This document shows positions 1 to 8,530 of a stretch of 34,561 nucleotides of DNA, piece after piece. Numbering within the stretch: position 1 is the first letter of the stretch; each line of letters begins with the position of its first letter. Made by a program: the position numbers and the translations under genes. The stretch lies in contig CAZWYB010000002.1 of assembly GCA_964637745.1 (NCBI GenBank), positions 1 through 34,561 of the forward strand. Direction: 5' to 3'. The DNA comes from an uncultured Pseudomonadota bacterium. Lineage in GTDB: Bacteria > UBA10199 > JACPAL01 > GCA-016699445. Under the pieces are notes generated by a model. It was not told where the DNA came from, did no database searches, and was given only the letters and a program-made list of their open reading frames with translations.

Positions 1-139
1 CAGTATTCCGGAAGTAGAAAATCGCTTTGTAATTTACGATAATAAGGGGTTTTCTTCGTTTCGTGAGGGTCCTTTAAAAATCACGCACGTCGGGCCTGTT
101 TCCTTGAGGGAGTGGATTCAAAAGAAAATTGAGGCTTGA

Positions 140-1492
140 TTACTTTTCCGGCCTCATCAACGGGAACAAGATCACATCCCGAATCGACGGCTGATCCGTC
201 AGAACCATCACGAGCCGGTCGATTCCGATCCCCTCGCCGGCCGTGGGCGGCATGCCTTGTTCCAAGGCTCGGATGTAGTCCTCGTCGTAGGGCATCGCCT
301 CTTCGTCGCCCTTCGCGCGCGCCTCGACCTGCTTGCGGAAACGCTCCTTCTGGTCGACCGGATCATTGAGCTCGGAGAAGGCGTTGGCGACTTCCATGCC
401 GGCGACATACAGCTCGAAGCGATCCACGATCTCCGGATCTTTGTCATTCCTCCGCGCGAGCGGTGACTCGGCCAAGGGGTAGGCCGTTACGAAGGTCGGC
501 TGAATCAGACTCTTCTCCCCCACCTTCAACATCTCGTCGTAAGAAATCCTCTTGAAGGGTCCCTGAAAATTCAAGGTGTGGCCTTGATAGACGAATTCCG
601 TCTTGCCGTGGATCTGCCGAGCCAGTTCCGCGAAGAGCTCCTCGGTCAAATCCATCATGTCTTCGAAGGTCGCGTAGGCCTGATAGAATTCGATCATCGT
701 GAATTCGGGGTTGTGTTGCGTCGAGACGCCCTCGTTCCGAAAATTGCGGTTGATCTCGAAGACGCGTTCAAATCCCCCTACAACCAACCTTTTCAAGTAG
801 AGTTCGGGGGCGATGCGCAGATAAAGATCACGGTCGAGGGTGTTGTGATGCGTGACGAACGGCCTTGCAGTCGCACCACCGGCGAGCGTGTGCATCATGG
901 GGGTTTCGACCTCCACGTAGTCGCGCTTCACGAAAAAGTCCCTCAAGCTTTGGATGATCTTCGAACGCTTACAGAAGACCTCTTTCACCTCTTCGTTGGA
1001 GATCAGGTCCAGATAGCGTTGGCGATAGCGGATCTCGACGTCCTGAAGGCCATGCCATTTTTCCGGGAGGGGACGGAGCGACTTGGCGGCGAGACGGATC
1101 TCATGCGCCTTGAGAGTCAATTCATTCGTCTTCGTCCGAAAGAGTTTTCCTTTCACCCAGGCGAAGTCGCCCAAATCGATCATCTTCGTGAGTTCAAAGG
1201 TCTTCGGATCGAGGCTCTTTTCTTCGACGAAGACCTGCAGGGTGCCCGTCCGATCCCTCACCTTCCAAAAGCCGGCCTTGCCGAAGGAGCGCATTAAAAT
1301 GATGCGGCCGGAGATGCAAAAATCGTCTTCGATCTTCTCCACGTCTTCCTTGGATTTGGGGTCGTGGAGATCGAGGATCTGCCGGGCGGTGTGCGAGACG
1401 CGGAGGCCGTTCGGATAAGGTGCGATCCCTTTCTCTTTTAGTTCTGAGAGACGCGCTTGCCTTTGCTGATATTGTTCATCGTCCTGTGACAT
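140..1492 (-). CDS. lysS: Lysine--tRNA ligase, class II
   Basis: The translation shows an N-terminal OB-fold region, class II motif 2 ([20 protein letters not shown]) and motif 3 ([13 protein letters not shown]). The track ORF begins at TTG 1516. I chose ATG 1492 (MSQDDEQ...), which has AAAGG 6 nt upstream. The protein is about 45 aa shorter than typical LysS between motifs 2 and 3. Confidence 0.9.
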   Translation of the reverse strand: MSQDDEQYQQRQARLSELKEKGIAPYPNGLRVSHTARQILDLHDPKSKEDVEKIEDDFCISGRIILMRSFGKAGFWKVRDRTGTLQVFVEEKSLDPKTFELTKMIDLGDFAWVKGKLFRTKTNELTLKAHEIRLAAKSLRPLPEKWHGLQDVEIRYRQRYLDLISNEEVKEVFCKRSKIIQSLRDFFVKRDYVEVETPMMHTLAGGATARPFVTHHNTLDRDLYLRIAPELYLKRLVVGGFERVFEINRNFRNEGVSTQHNPEFTMIEFYQAYATFEDMMDLTEELFAELARQIHGKTEFVYQGHTLNFQGPFKRISYDEMLKVGEKSLIQPTFVTAYPLAESPLARRNDKDPEIVDRFELYVAGMEVANAFSELNDPVDQKERFRKQVEARAKGDEEAMPYDEDYIRALEQGMPPTAGEGIGIDRLVMVLTDQPSIRDVILFPLMRPEK

Positions 1493-1607
1493 GACTGCCT
1501 TTCGTAAGATCTTCAACTCCGGAAGTCAACGAATCTTCAGGCATTTTCCCCTTGCCTTTCCGGGATTGGACCCATAAAAACCCATTCCGACCTCAACCCA
1601 TAACTCT

Positions 1608-3569
1608 ATGATCTCCTTCGCTATGATAAAAAAAGTCGATCGCTGGAAAGAGTCTCTGCTCAATTATTTCTTATCCGACTTGGGGATGGATTTGAATCAG
1701 ACCATCTCCCTTCCGCGCGTCTTTTTGAGGTGCGCCTCCCACTACCACACCAAGGTCGCGCTGACGGAGAAGCAGAACGGGCGTTACCAGGGCATCACCT
1801 ACGCCCAACTCGTGGATCAGACAAAAGCCTTCGCCTCGGCCTTGATCGACGTCGGAGTCGACCTGCACGATCGCGTCGCCATCTTTCTCAAGAATTCGCC
1901 CGCCTGGGTCATCTCCGATTTCGGAACGATGTTCGCGGGCGGAGCGACGGTGCCGATCTACGAGACTCTGGTCCCTTCGGCCATCCGCCACATCCTGAAA
2001 GACTCGGGGGCAGTCGGAATCGTGGTCGAGGACAAGGCTCAATTCGAAAAGATCAAGGAGATCTGGCCGGATCTCCCGAGCCTCAAATTCGTCGTCCTTC
2101 GCAAACCGGAAGGCATGACCCTCAAGAAAGATAAAATCCTAAGCTTCGAAGATTTTCTCAAGAAGGGTCAGGAGGCGAACAAGAAAAACCCCTCCGCGGT
2201 CAACAAGCGGCTGGACGAGTTGAAGAGGGACGACATCGCCAGCATCGTCTATACGAGCGGAACAACGGGGGACCCGAAGGGCGTCATGCTGACCCATCGG
2301 AATTTTCTCTCAAACGTCTACGGCGTCACCTCGGTCACCGACGTCAACTCACACGACACAATGCTGTCGATCCTGCCGCTCTCCCATGTCTTCGAACGGA
2401 CGATCGGCTACTATGTTCCGATCCTCTTCGGCGCAACCATCGCCTACGCGGAGAGCATCGACACGGTGGCCAAGAACCTGCAGGAGGTCCGTCCGACGAT
2501 CTGCTGCGCGGTCCCACGCCTCTTTGAAAAGATCTACACGCGGATGGTCAAGAACATGGAGGCTGCGAGCCCGATCAAGAAGCGTCTTTTCAACTGGGCC
2601 CTGTCCGTGGGTCGCCAGGTCTGGGACGACCAGCTCCAAGAACGGAAGGGTACGGCCAAGGATCGACGGCAACGCCATCGGCCGGAAGACCGAAACAGCG
2701 ACTCGGACATCGTCATCAGAAATCCCGGCATGAGACTCGCCTACGCCATGGCGGACAAACTCGTATACAGCAAGCTCCGCCAATCCATGGGCGGACGCCT
2801 TCGCTTCTTCGTCTCGGGGGGCGCGCCGCTCTCTCCGGAACTCATCGATTTCTTCCGAAACCTCAATATCGCAATCTACGAAGGCTACGGCCTCACGGAA
2901 TCCAGCCCCGTGGTCAGCTTCAATTTCGCCAACAAATTCAAGTCCGGCACGGTGGGTAAGCTTCTGCCGCATGTTCAGGTCAGGCTTTCCGGCGAAGGGG
3001 AGATTTTAGTGAAGGGTCCGAACGTCATGATGGGCTATTTCAACAACCCGAAGGCGACGGTCGAATCGGTCGATTCCGAAGGATGGCTCCACACGGGGGA
3101 CGTGGGCGTCTTCGACGACGACAACTATCTCCGCATCACCGACCGCATCAAGGAACTGATCGTGATGAGCAACGGAAAGAACGTCGCGCCTTTGCCGATC
3201 GAGAACAAGCTGACGCAATCGCCCTTGGTCGCCAACGCCATGGTGATCGGCAACAACCGCAAATTCATCGCGGCCCTCCTCTTCCCGAGCCTCCCGGAAC
3301 TCCAGGCGTTGGGGAAAAGCCTGGGGATCAAATCGACCAAGTTCGAAGATCTTTGCAAGGACAAGAAAATCCGCCAACACTTCGAAAAACTGGTGGAGGA
3401 CGTGAACGAGGATCTATCCCGCTACGAGCAGGTAAAGACCTTCGAGCTCGTCCCCGAGGAACTGACCGTCGAGGGCGGGGAGATCACCCCCACCCTCAAA
3501 CTCAAGCGGCGGATTCTGGAGAAGAAGTTCTCAAGCCTGATCGAGGGGATGTTCCGGGAGAAGGAATAG
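1608..3569 (+). CDS. Long-chain acyl-CoA synthetase / AMP-dependent ligase (FadD-like)
   Basis: A 653-aa ORF with the AMP-binding signature YTSGTTGDPKGV, plus GYGLTE, HTGD and a C-terminal PTLKLKR motif. The start is uncertain: ATG 1608 comes from the track, and ATG 1686 (MDLNQT...) is equally plausible. Confidence 0.85.
   Translation: MISFAMIKKVDRWKESLLNYFLSDLGMDLNQTISLPRVFLRCASHYHTKVALTEKQNGRYQGITYAQLVDQTKAFASALIDVGVDLHDRVAIFLKNSPAWVISDFGTMFAGGATVPIYETLVPSAIRHILKDSGAVGIVVEDKAQFEKIKEIWPDLPSLKFVVLRKPEGMTLKKDKILSFEDFLKKGQEANKKNPSAVNKRLDELKRDDIASIVYTSGTTGDPKGVMLTHRNFLSNVYGVTSVTDVNSHDTMLSILPLSHVFERTIGYYVPILFGATIAYAESIDTVAKNLQEVRPTICCAVPRLFEKIYTRMVKNMEAASPIKKRLFNWALSVGRQVWDDQLQERKGTAKDRRQRHRPEDRNSDSDIVIRNPGMRLAYAMADKLVYSKLRQSMGGRLRFFVSGGAPLSPELIDFFRNLNIAIYEGYGLTESSPVVSFNFANKFKSGTVGKLLPHVQVRLSGEGEILVKGPNVMMGYFNNPKATVESVDSEGWLHTGDVGVFDDDNYLRITDRIKELIVMSNGKNVAPLPIENKLTQSPLVANAMVIGNNRKFIAALLFPSLPELQALGKSLGIKSTKFEDLCKDKKIRQHFEKLVEDVNEDLSRYEQVKTFELVPEELTVEGGEITPTLKLKRRILEKKFSSLIEGMFREKE
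3489..3569 (+). repeat. Direct repeat copy A: the functional last 26 codons plus stop of the acyl-CoA ligase gene
   Basis: It aligns without gaps to 4803-4883 (71 of 81 nt identical by my hand alignment). Confidence 0.9.
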
Positions 3570-3576
3570 AATTCCT

Positions 3577-4716
3577 CTACAAACTCCAGAGTTCCTCTAG
3601 AAATGTCTTAACGGGGAGTATTTCGACTTTTCCGACCTTTCGCGGCGCTCGATCCATAGAAACGATGATCTGACGTTTCGGCCTTATGTCTTCCGAAAGG
3701 GCATTGAGCCCCCGAAAATGTCGTTCCGAAACATTTTCACTCCCCTTCACTTCGATCGCCAGCTTATCTCCAACAACGAAATCCACTTCAAAACCTGAAG
3801 TCGACCGCCAAAACGCGAGCGGATCGGATATCTTTCGATAATCCGCCCACGCTCTGAGCTCCGTAAATACGAAATGCTCCAGCGTCTTTCCGAAAAGGTC
3901 CGTCTTCGGAGCGATCCCCTTTCTTCCCGCGAGAACATTACAAACACCGACGTCAAAAAAATAGAATTTAGAAGTCATGATGGCTTTTCGTTTACGAGAC
4001 CGGGTGAACGGCTCAAGAAGACATCCGATCAAGGTATCTTGAAGAATCTGAAAATACTCCGAGATGGTTCGGGGAGGCACCCCGGCGTCGGATGCCATAT
4101 TCGCAAAATTGACCAGTTCCGCATTTGAAAGGGCTGCCGTTTGAAGAAATCTTGAAAAATTTTCAATCTTACGCGTCAGCCCCTCCGCCTGAATCTCTTC
4201 CCTCAGATAGCTCCCCACATAAGCTTTCAGATCCTCTTCCGGATCATTCGAATTGTAGATGGATGGCAGAGATCCATAGTTCAGAATCTTCATCAAATCA
4301 TAGTGAGGGATTTCCGCCGTAACGAGCGGAAAAAGATGGCGCGTCCAGGCTCTCCCCCCCAGGAGATTCGCTCCACCTCTCTTAAGCTTGCGAGCGCTGC
4401 TCCCCGTCAGAATGAAATGGAACCCCTTTTCTTCGATGAGATGATGAACCTCATCCAGAAGCACCGGGAGTTTTTGAATTTCATCGATAATGACCGGGAT
4501 TCCGACCTTGGGAGGCCGAGCAAGCAGTTCCTCCCGAATCATTTGAGGGCGCTGACTGACACGGAGGAACAAATCCGACAGCAACAGATTATAAAACGGG
4601 GATTTCGGAAACGTCTCTTTCAATAAATGTGTCTTTCCCGTCTGACGGGGGCCAAAGACGAAAAGACTTCTTTTCCGAACGTCCTCTTTGAGATTCAGGA
4701 GACGCTGAAAGCGCAT
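3577..4716 (-). CDS. AAA+ ATPase, AAA_14/DUF4143-type
   Basis: Walker A (GPRQTGKTHLL) and Walker B (VIIDEIQKL) are present, and the C-terminal part resembles the DUF4143 region of this family. The track ORF starts at TTG 4752. ATG 4716 (MRFQRLLN...) was chosen as the more typical N-terminus. Confidence 0.75.
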   Translation of the reverse strand: MRFQRLLNLKEDVRKRSLFVFGPRQTGKTHLLKETFPKSPFYNLLLSDLFLRVSQRPQMIREELLARPPKVGIPVIIDEIQKLPVLLDEVHHLIEEKGFHFILTGSSARKLKRGGANLLGGRAWTRHLFPLVTAEIPHYDLMKILNYGSLPSIYNSNDPEEDLKAYVGSYLREEIQAEGLTRKIENFSRFLQTAALSNAELVNFANMASDAGVPPRTISEYFQILQDTLIGCLLEPFTRSRKRKAIMTSKFYFFDVGVCNVLAGRKGIAPKTDLFGKTLEHFVFTELRAWADYRKISDPLAFWRSTSGFEVDFVVGDKLAIEVKGSENVSERHFRGLNALSEDIRPKRQIIVSMDRAPRKVGKVEILPVKTFLEELWSL

Positions 4717-4802
4717 GGAAAGGACGTTAGCAGGGTCTATTTTTAATAGCAATAGTTATGCTGATTATCATGATATTCAGCGTAGCTATGTCGTTCCGGA
4801 AA

Positions 4803-4883
4803 CCCACCCTCAAACTCAAGCGCCGGATCTTGGAAAAGAAGTTCTCCAGCCTGATCGAGGGGATGTTTGGGGAGAAGGAGTGA
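4803..4883 (+). pseudogene. Orphan duplicate of the acyl-CoA ligase 3-prime end (encodes PTLKLKRRILEKKFSSLIEGMFGEKE-stop)
   Basis: This is direct repeat copy B of 3489-3569. Upstream similarity to the ligase gene stops at 4803. Only a 41-codon ORF (ATG 4758) covers it. Confidence 0.8.
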
Positions 4884-4887
4884 CTTC

Positions 4888-7014
4888 TTAACGTGGTATT
4901 TTTTCGAATGAAGGGCACCCCCATCCGACCGGAATCGAGACCGAGTGTCCGCTGTAATCAACGCCCGAGAACGTACACGTCAGATCCGTATCCACGGCAT
5001 TCCCCTTGATGTAAAAACCCTGAGGAGCATAAGAGTCTGGGTTGAAGCCCGTTGGGCTCGTCCTGTCGATCCATTCGACCATCTCAAAACTGTGCCCCTT
5101 GCAATCCACGTGGAACTCCTTGAGGTTCTGAACCCGAATGCCCTGAGCAAAATCGGTGGAGTCGTAGGTCCAACTGCCGGAACCGGCTTCAAAAGTTCCG
5201 GGATGATAGTTTGTTCCATGGCAATATTTGTCATAAGATCCATCGATAAATTTAAATGCCGGGTTATCCGCATCGCTATTATAAGGAGCCTCAATGCGAT
5301 TAGAGTAAATCATGGGAGCCCCTATGATTCTTACCTGCCAAGCCCAATGGTTATGATCACGTACGGCTCCATTGACGGGAATCATTTCAGAATGCCCCGA
5401 GAGAGGAATGTCAAGGAAGCTGGTCCAGTCGTTGAACATGACATAGGTGATCCCCGCCGTGGTCTCACCGCTCAAGACGGTCACTGCGTGGATGGTCTCT
5501 TTGATATCAAAGGGCCGACCTACTTTAACCACAAAATTATGGGTCTCCGGACCCGTTCCCCAAGTGCCGTTCTTGCAAATGTCGTCTCCGCAAATCAATT
5601 CAGTGTAAGGAGCACCCAGCGAAAGCTTGAAGATACTTTTCGCCGTATTGTGCATTCCATATCCTTGCACATTCATGGTGATCGGATCCGTGTCCGAATA
5701 GTCGCAGGCGTAAGACGCGTGGCCGCTGCCGTCTTTCCTAAAGTCATTGGTCCCGCTTTCTACGCAGCTCTTTCCTCCGATCACAGCTTCTGAAGTCGCA
5801 TTCACATAATCAAAACTCACATGAATCTTGCTGTCGACCTTGATCATCGCCTTCACATCCGTCGTAATCTGAACGTGATCCGCCACGACCTGATCACAGA
5901 CGGACCTGGACGTCCCGTCCTCATCCACCACCACCAGGCACACATCGCCGCTGTGGACCAAACTCCGCGTGTAGATCTCTCCCGATGAAGCCGGCAGATC
6001 GATGCGGCAGTCCGGATTCGGCTCGTCCGAGGCCGGCGTCAGGCCACTGATTATGGCGCTCGCCGCCGGATTGGTCATCTTCTTGTAACCGGAATACTTT
6101 CCGGAAGAAGGCGATGAGGCCGGCGTCGCGTAGGGAGCCGCCGGTTTGCGCCACGTAAAATCGCAGTCGTCATCGGTGGCCGTGTTGCCGTTATCGCAGA
6201 CTTTCCCTTCCAGATATTTTTCGTATTCGACATGAACGGGGGTCGAGGGATTCGGATCGATCTCGACGCCATTCGCGGCAGTCACGAGATACCGTTTGTC
6301 GAGGGTCAACTTGCAACCTGTATCCGTCGCCGTTCGATTGAAAAGATTTCCGGCCAGATAAATCGCCTTGACCTTGTCGTCCGTCTTCCATGTGATCTTC
6401 ACCGTTTGTTGTTTAGAGGCCCCGGCCATATCTTCGACTTTGAGATCGAGAGGTGTTGGAGCCGGAGCTCCGGTTGTGCCGGTGGCGCCTGTCGATCCCG
6501 TATCGCCGGTGGCCCCCGTGGAACCCGTCGAACCATCGGCAGCGGGTGTTTCGGAACTTCCCGAGTCGCCCGTGGGTGCGATCACGTCGCTGTCCGTTGC
6601 GCCGGCGCTTCCGGCGCCGGCCATCAGGACTCTCTTCACGGTCATCTTAGAAATCAGAATCGCGTTGCCGGATCCGCCTTGCGACACCACGCGGACATCC
6701 ATCTGATTGCCACTGATCATGGGGAAACTGGGCATGACGAACGTAACGTTGTCGGAACTGCCGTCGTATTGAGAAGCCACCGGAATGCCATGTGTGTTGC
6801 CGGTTCCTTCGATGGAAACGGTATCCCCATCTTCGAACGAGAGACCGGACACCGAACAGGTCACCGTGTCGCCCATCGCCACTGGATTCGGAGTGCAGTT
6901 CCCACCGGCGGCCGATCCCGTCGCTGAAGAGCCTCCTTTAGAACCTTTAGAAGAAGAGCAGGCAACCGTAAGCGTGGAAGCGAGGATGAATAGGCCTATG
7001 ATAATACGTTTCAT
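4888..7014 (-). CDS. Secreted lipoprotein, paralog F of a cysteine-rich family (function unknown)
   Basis: ATG 7014 has GGGGGA 6 nt upstream. The N-terminus has a signal peptide plus lipobox (MKRIIIGLFILASTLTVAC). It shares FNRTATDTGCKLTLDKRYLVT, GTNYH, STDFAQGIRVQ and the C-terminal CTFSGVDYSG...GWGC motifs with the 11075-13210 protein. Confidence 0.8.
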   Translation of the reverse strand: MKRIIIGLFILASTLTVACSSSKGSKGGSSATGSAAGGNCTPNPVAMGDTVTCSVSGLSFEDGDTVSIEGTGNTHGIPVASQYDGSSDNVTFVMPSFPMISGNQMDVRVVSQGGSGNAILISKMTVKRVLMAGAGSAGATDSDVIAPTGDSGSSETPAADGSTGSTGATGDTGSTGATGTTGAPAPTPLDLKVEDMAGASKQQTVKITWKTDDKVKAIYLAGNLFNRTATDTGCKLTLDKRYLVTAANGVEIDPNPSTPVHVEYEKYLEGKVCDNGNTATDDDCDFTWRKPAAPYATPASSPSSGKYSGYKKMTNPAASAIISGLTPASDEPNPDCRIDLPASSGEIYTRSLVHSGDVCLVVVDEDGTSRSVCDQVVADHVQITTDVKAMIKVDSKIHVSFDYVNATSEAVIGGKSCVESGTNDFRKDGSGHASYACDYSDTDPITMNVQGYGMHNTAKSIFKLSLGAPYTELICGDDICKNGTWGTGPETHNFVVKVGRPFDIKETIHAVTVLSGETTAGITYVMFNDWTSFLDIPLSGHSEMIPVNGAVRDHNHWAWQVRIIGAPMIYSNRIEAPYNSDADNPAFKFIDGSYDKYCHGTNYHPGTFEAGSGSWTYDSTDFAQGIRVQNLKEFHVDCKGHSFEMVEWIDRTSPTGFNPDSYAPQGFYIKGNAVDTDLTCTFSGVDYSGHSVSIPVGWGCPSFEKIPR
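6463..6534 (-). repeat. Gly-X-Thr triplet run (8 triplets, GSTGSTGATGDTGSTGATGTTGAP) inside paralog F
   Basis: Read directly from the translation. The DNA has period-9 and period-3 low complexity. Confidence 0.7.
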
Positions 7015-7120
7015 GAGTCCCCCTTGTGTCGGGAGACTTAAATAGCAAGTACCATGCCATGACTCACAAAAAACATACATTTATAAGTATTTAATTTTAT
7101 TAACTATTTTATATGTAAGC

Positions 7121-7169
7121 CACAAAAATTGGTAACAACATGGTCAAATAAAACACATGTTGTTACCAA
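7121..7169 (-). terminator. Rho-independent terminator after the TolB-like gene
   Basis: On the minus strand a perfect 14-bp stem (TTGGTAACAACATG / CATGTTGTTACCAA; 7156-7169 and 7129-7142) encloses a 13-nt loop and is followed by TTTTTGTGG. It sits 9 nt after the stop at 7178. Confidence 0.7.
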
Positions 7170-7177
7170 AAAGAGAG

Positions 7178-8506
7178 TTACATGGGGCATTTGGGAGAAC
7201 CCGCCGGGGCCCAGGCATTGATACCGTTGGTCAGAGCTTGCGCCCCCGTCAGATCGACGTTCATCCAATAGAGCTGGCCCTTGGGGGCTGGGTTCTGCAC
7301 CATCGGGTTTCCCGTGGGAACGATGTAGAAAATCTTACGGCCGTCGCAGGACCACGATGGAGAAACGGCATCCGACTGGGTTTCCTGACAATTCTGGAGC
7401 TTGGCGGTCGTCAGGTCCGAAGGACTCGGGACGGAAAGGTCGCAGACATCGATGCGATAGATCGTGTTGTTCACATTGTTGGGATCCTTCTTGGAAACGG
7501 AATAAGCCACTTTCCCACCATAGGGTGAGAAGGACGGTTCGGTATGCGTAATGAGGTCATTGGGACCGGGATTGGATATTGGATTTGGCGTGAGGTTGAA
7601 AGCATCATCTAAGGTGCCGTCGATCTTATTGATCCAAACATCGATTTCCGAGTTCGCGCTCTGACTGTGCCCCATGGAAAAAAGGATCAAGTTATACAAA
7701 GGATCCGCAGGATTCGTCACGGGAGACGCGGCCACGCCGAAATAATATTCGTTCGGCGTATTGTTCGTCTTTCCCGCGTCCCGCACGACCGTCGACGCAT
7801 TCCCATCGATCGTAAATTTTCTTAAAGTGCAACCGCCGGTGCTGTCATCGGCACTGGCGAGCACGTGGGCGTTATCCGCAAGAGGGACCGCAAAAAATGT
7901 GATCAAAGAATTTTGGACGGATCCCCACGCCGTCGGTTTCCCGATCGGAGCGGTCAAAGAGTTTTTAATATCCAACGAGGCCACGCTAAATCCGTTTTGT
8001 CCGTTGATCTGAACCGAGGCCGAATAAAAGAGTTTCGACGCGTCTGGTGTCATGGCGAGAGTATTCCAGAACGGAAGAGCCATACCGCCGTTTGCGATAA
8101 AGTTTGACAACGGCTTCGGTGCGGATCCTTTCGTATCGCCCCAAAAAAGATTGGCGATCGTCGTGTTGTTGTTCGCGGGATCGACCTTCACGAAGGCGTA
8201 TTCATAATACGAAGGAGCGGGGGGCTGCGTGGTTCCCGATGCTCCGGTGCTACCCGTGTCGCCCGTCGTGCCTGTATCTCCTGAGCCGCCGGTGCCGGTG
8301 GGAACGATTGCCGTCCCCCCTGAGCCTCCCGTCGCTCCCGTCGTCCCTTTCGCACCCGATGCGCCGCTCTTGTTCCCTCCGGCCGTGATGGTATTGCCGG
8401 CGTTCTTGGAACCGCCGCAACCGGAGACGGAGATCATCAGCCCTTGAAAGCCCAGGGCGATTGCAAGCAACAAGACCACGGAGGTTTTCGTTCGATTTGT
8501 TTTCAT
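7178..8506 (-). CDS. TolB/PD40-like beta-propeller lipoprotein
   Basis: ATG 8506 has AAGGAG upstream. A signal peptide ends in the lipobox VSGC. It is followed by a Gly/Thr-rich linker and then PD40-like blades (PSFSPYGGKVAYSV, SPSWSCDGRKIFYIV). Confidence 0.8.
   Translation of the reverse strand: MKTNRTKTSVVLLLAIALGFQGLMISVSGCGGSKNAGNTITAGGNKSGASGAKGTTGATGGSGGTAIVPTGTGGSGDTGTTGDTGSTGASGTTQPPAPSYYEYAFVKVDPANNNTTIANLFWGDTKGSAPKPLSNFIANGGMALPFWNTLAMTPDASKLFYSASVQINGQNGFSVASLDIKNSLTAPIGKPTAWGSVQNSLITFFAVPLADNAHVLASADDSTGGCTLRKFTIDGNASTVVRDAGKTNNTPNEYYFGVAASPVTNPADPLYNLILFSMGHSQSANSEIDVWINKIDGTLDDAFNLTPNPISNPGPNDLITHTEPSFSPYGGKVAYSVSKKDPNNVNNTIYRIDVCDLSVPSPSDLTTAKLQNCQETQSDAVSPSWSCDGRKIFYIVPTGNPMVQNPAPKGQLYWMNVDLTGAQALTNGINAWAPAGSPKCPM
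8228..8368 (-). repeat. Gly/Thr-rich low-complexity linker with Gly-X-Thr triplets (GDTGTTGDTGSTGASGTT)
   Basis: Read from the translation of the TolB-like ORF. Its composition resembles the linker of paralog F. Confidence 0.6.
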
Positions 8507-8530
8507 CTCAATTAAGCTCCTTTTTTATCT

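Noticed and set aside
2630-2730. The highly charged ~25-aa insertion (ERKGTAKDRRQRHRPEDRNSDSD) in the acyl-CoA ligase as a frameshift or foreign insert.
   Set aside because: The reading frame is continuous and conserved ligase motifs resume in frame on both sides. It is most simply a lineage-specific surface loop.
6463-8368. The periodic DNA repeats as a CRISPR array or minisatellite.
   Set aside because: They are in-frame Gly-X-Thr coding repeats. There is no repeat-spacer organisation.
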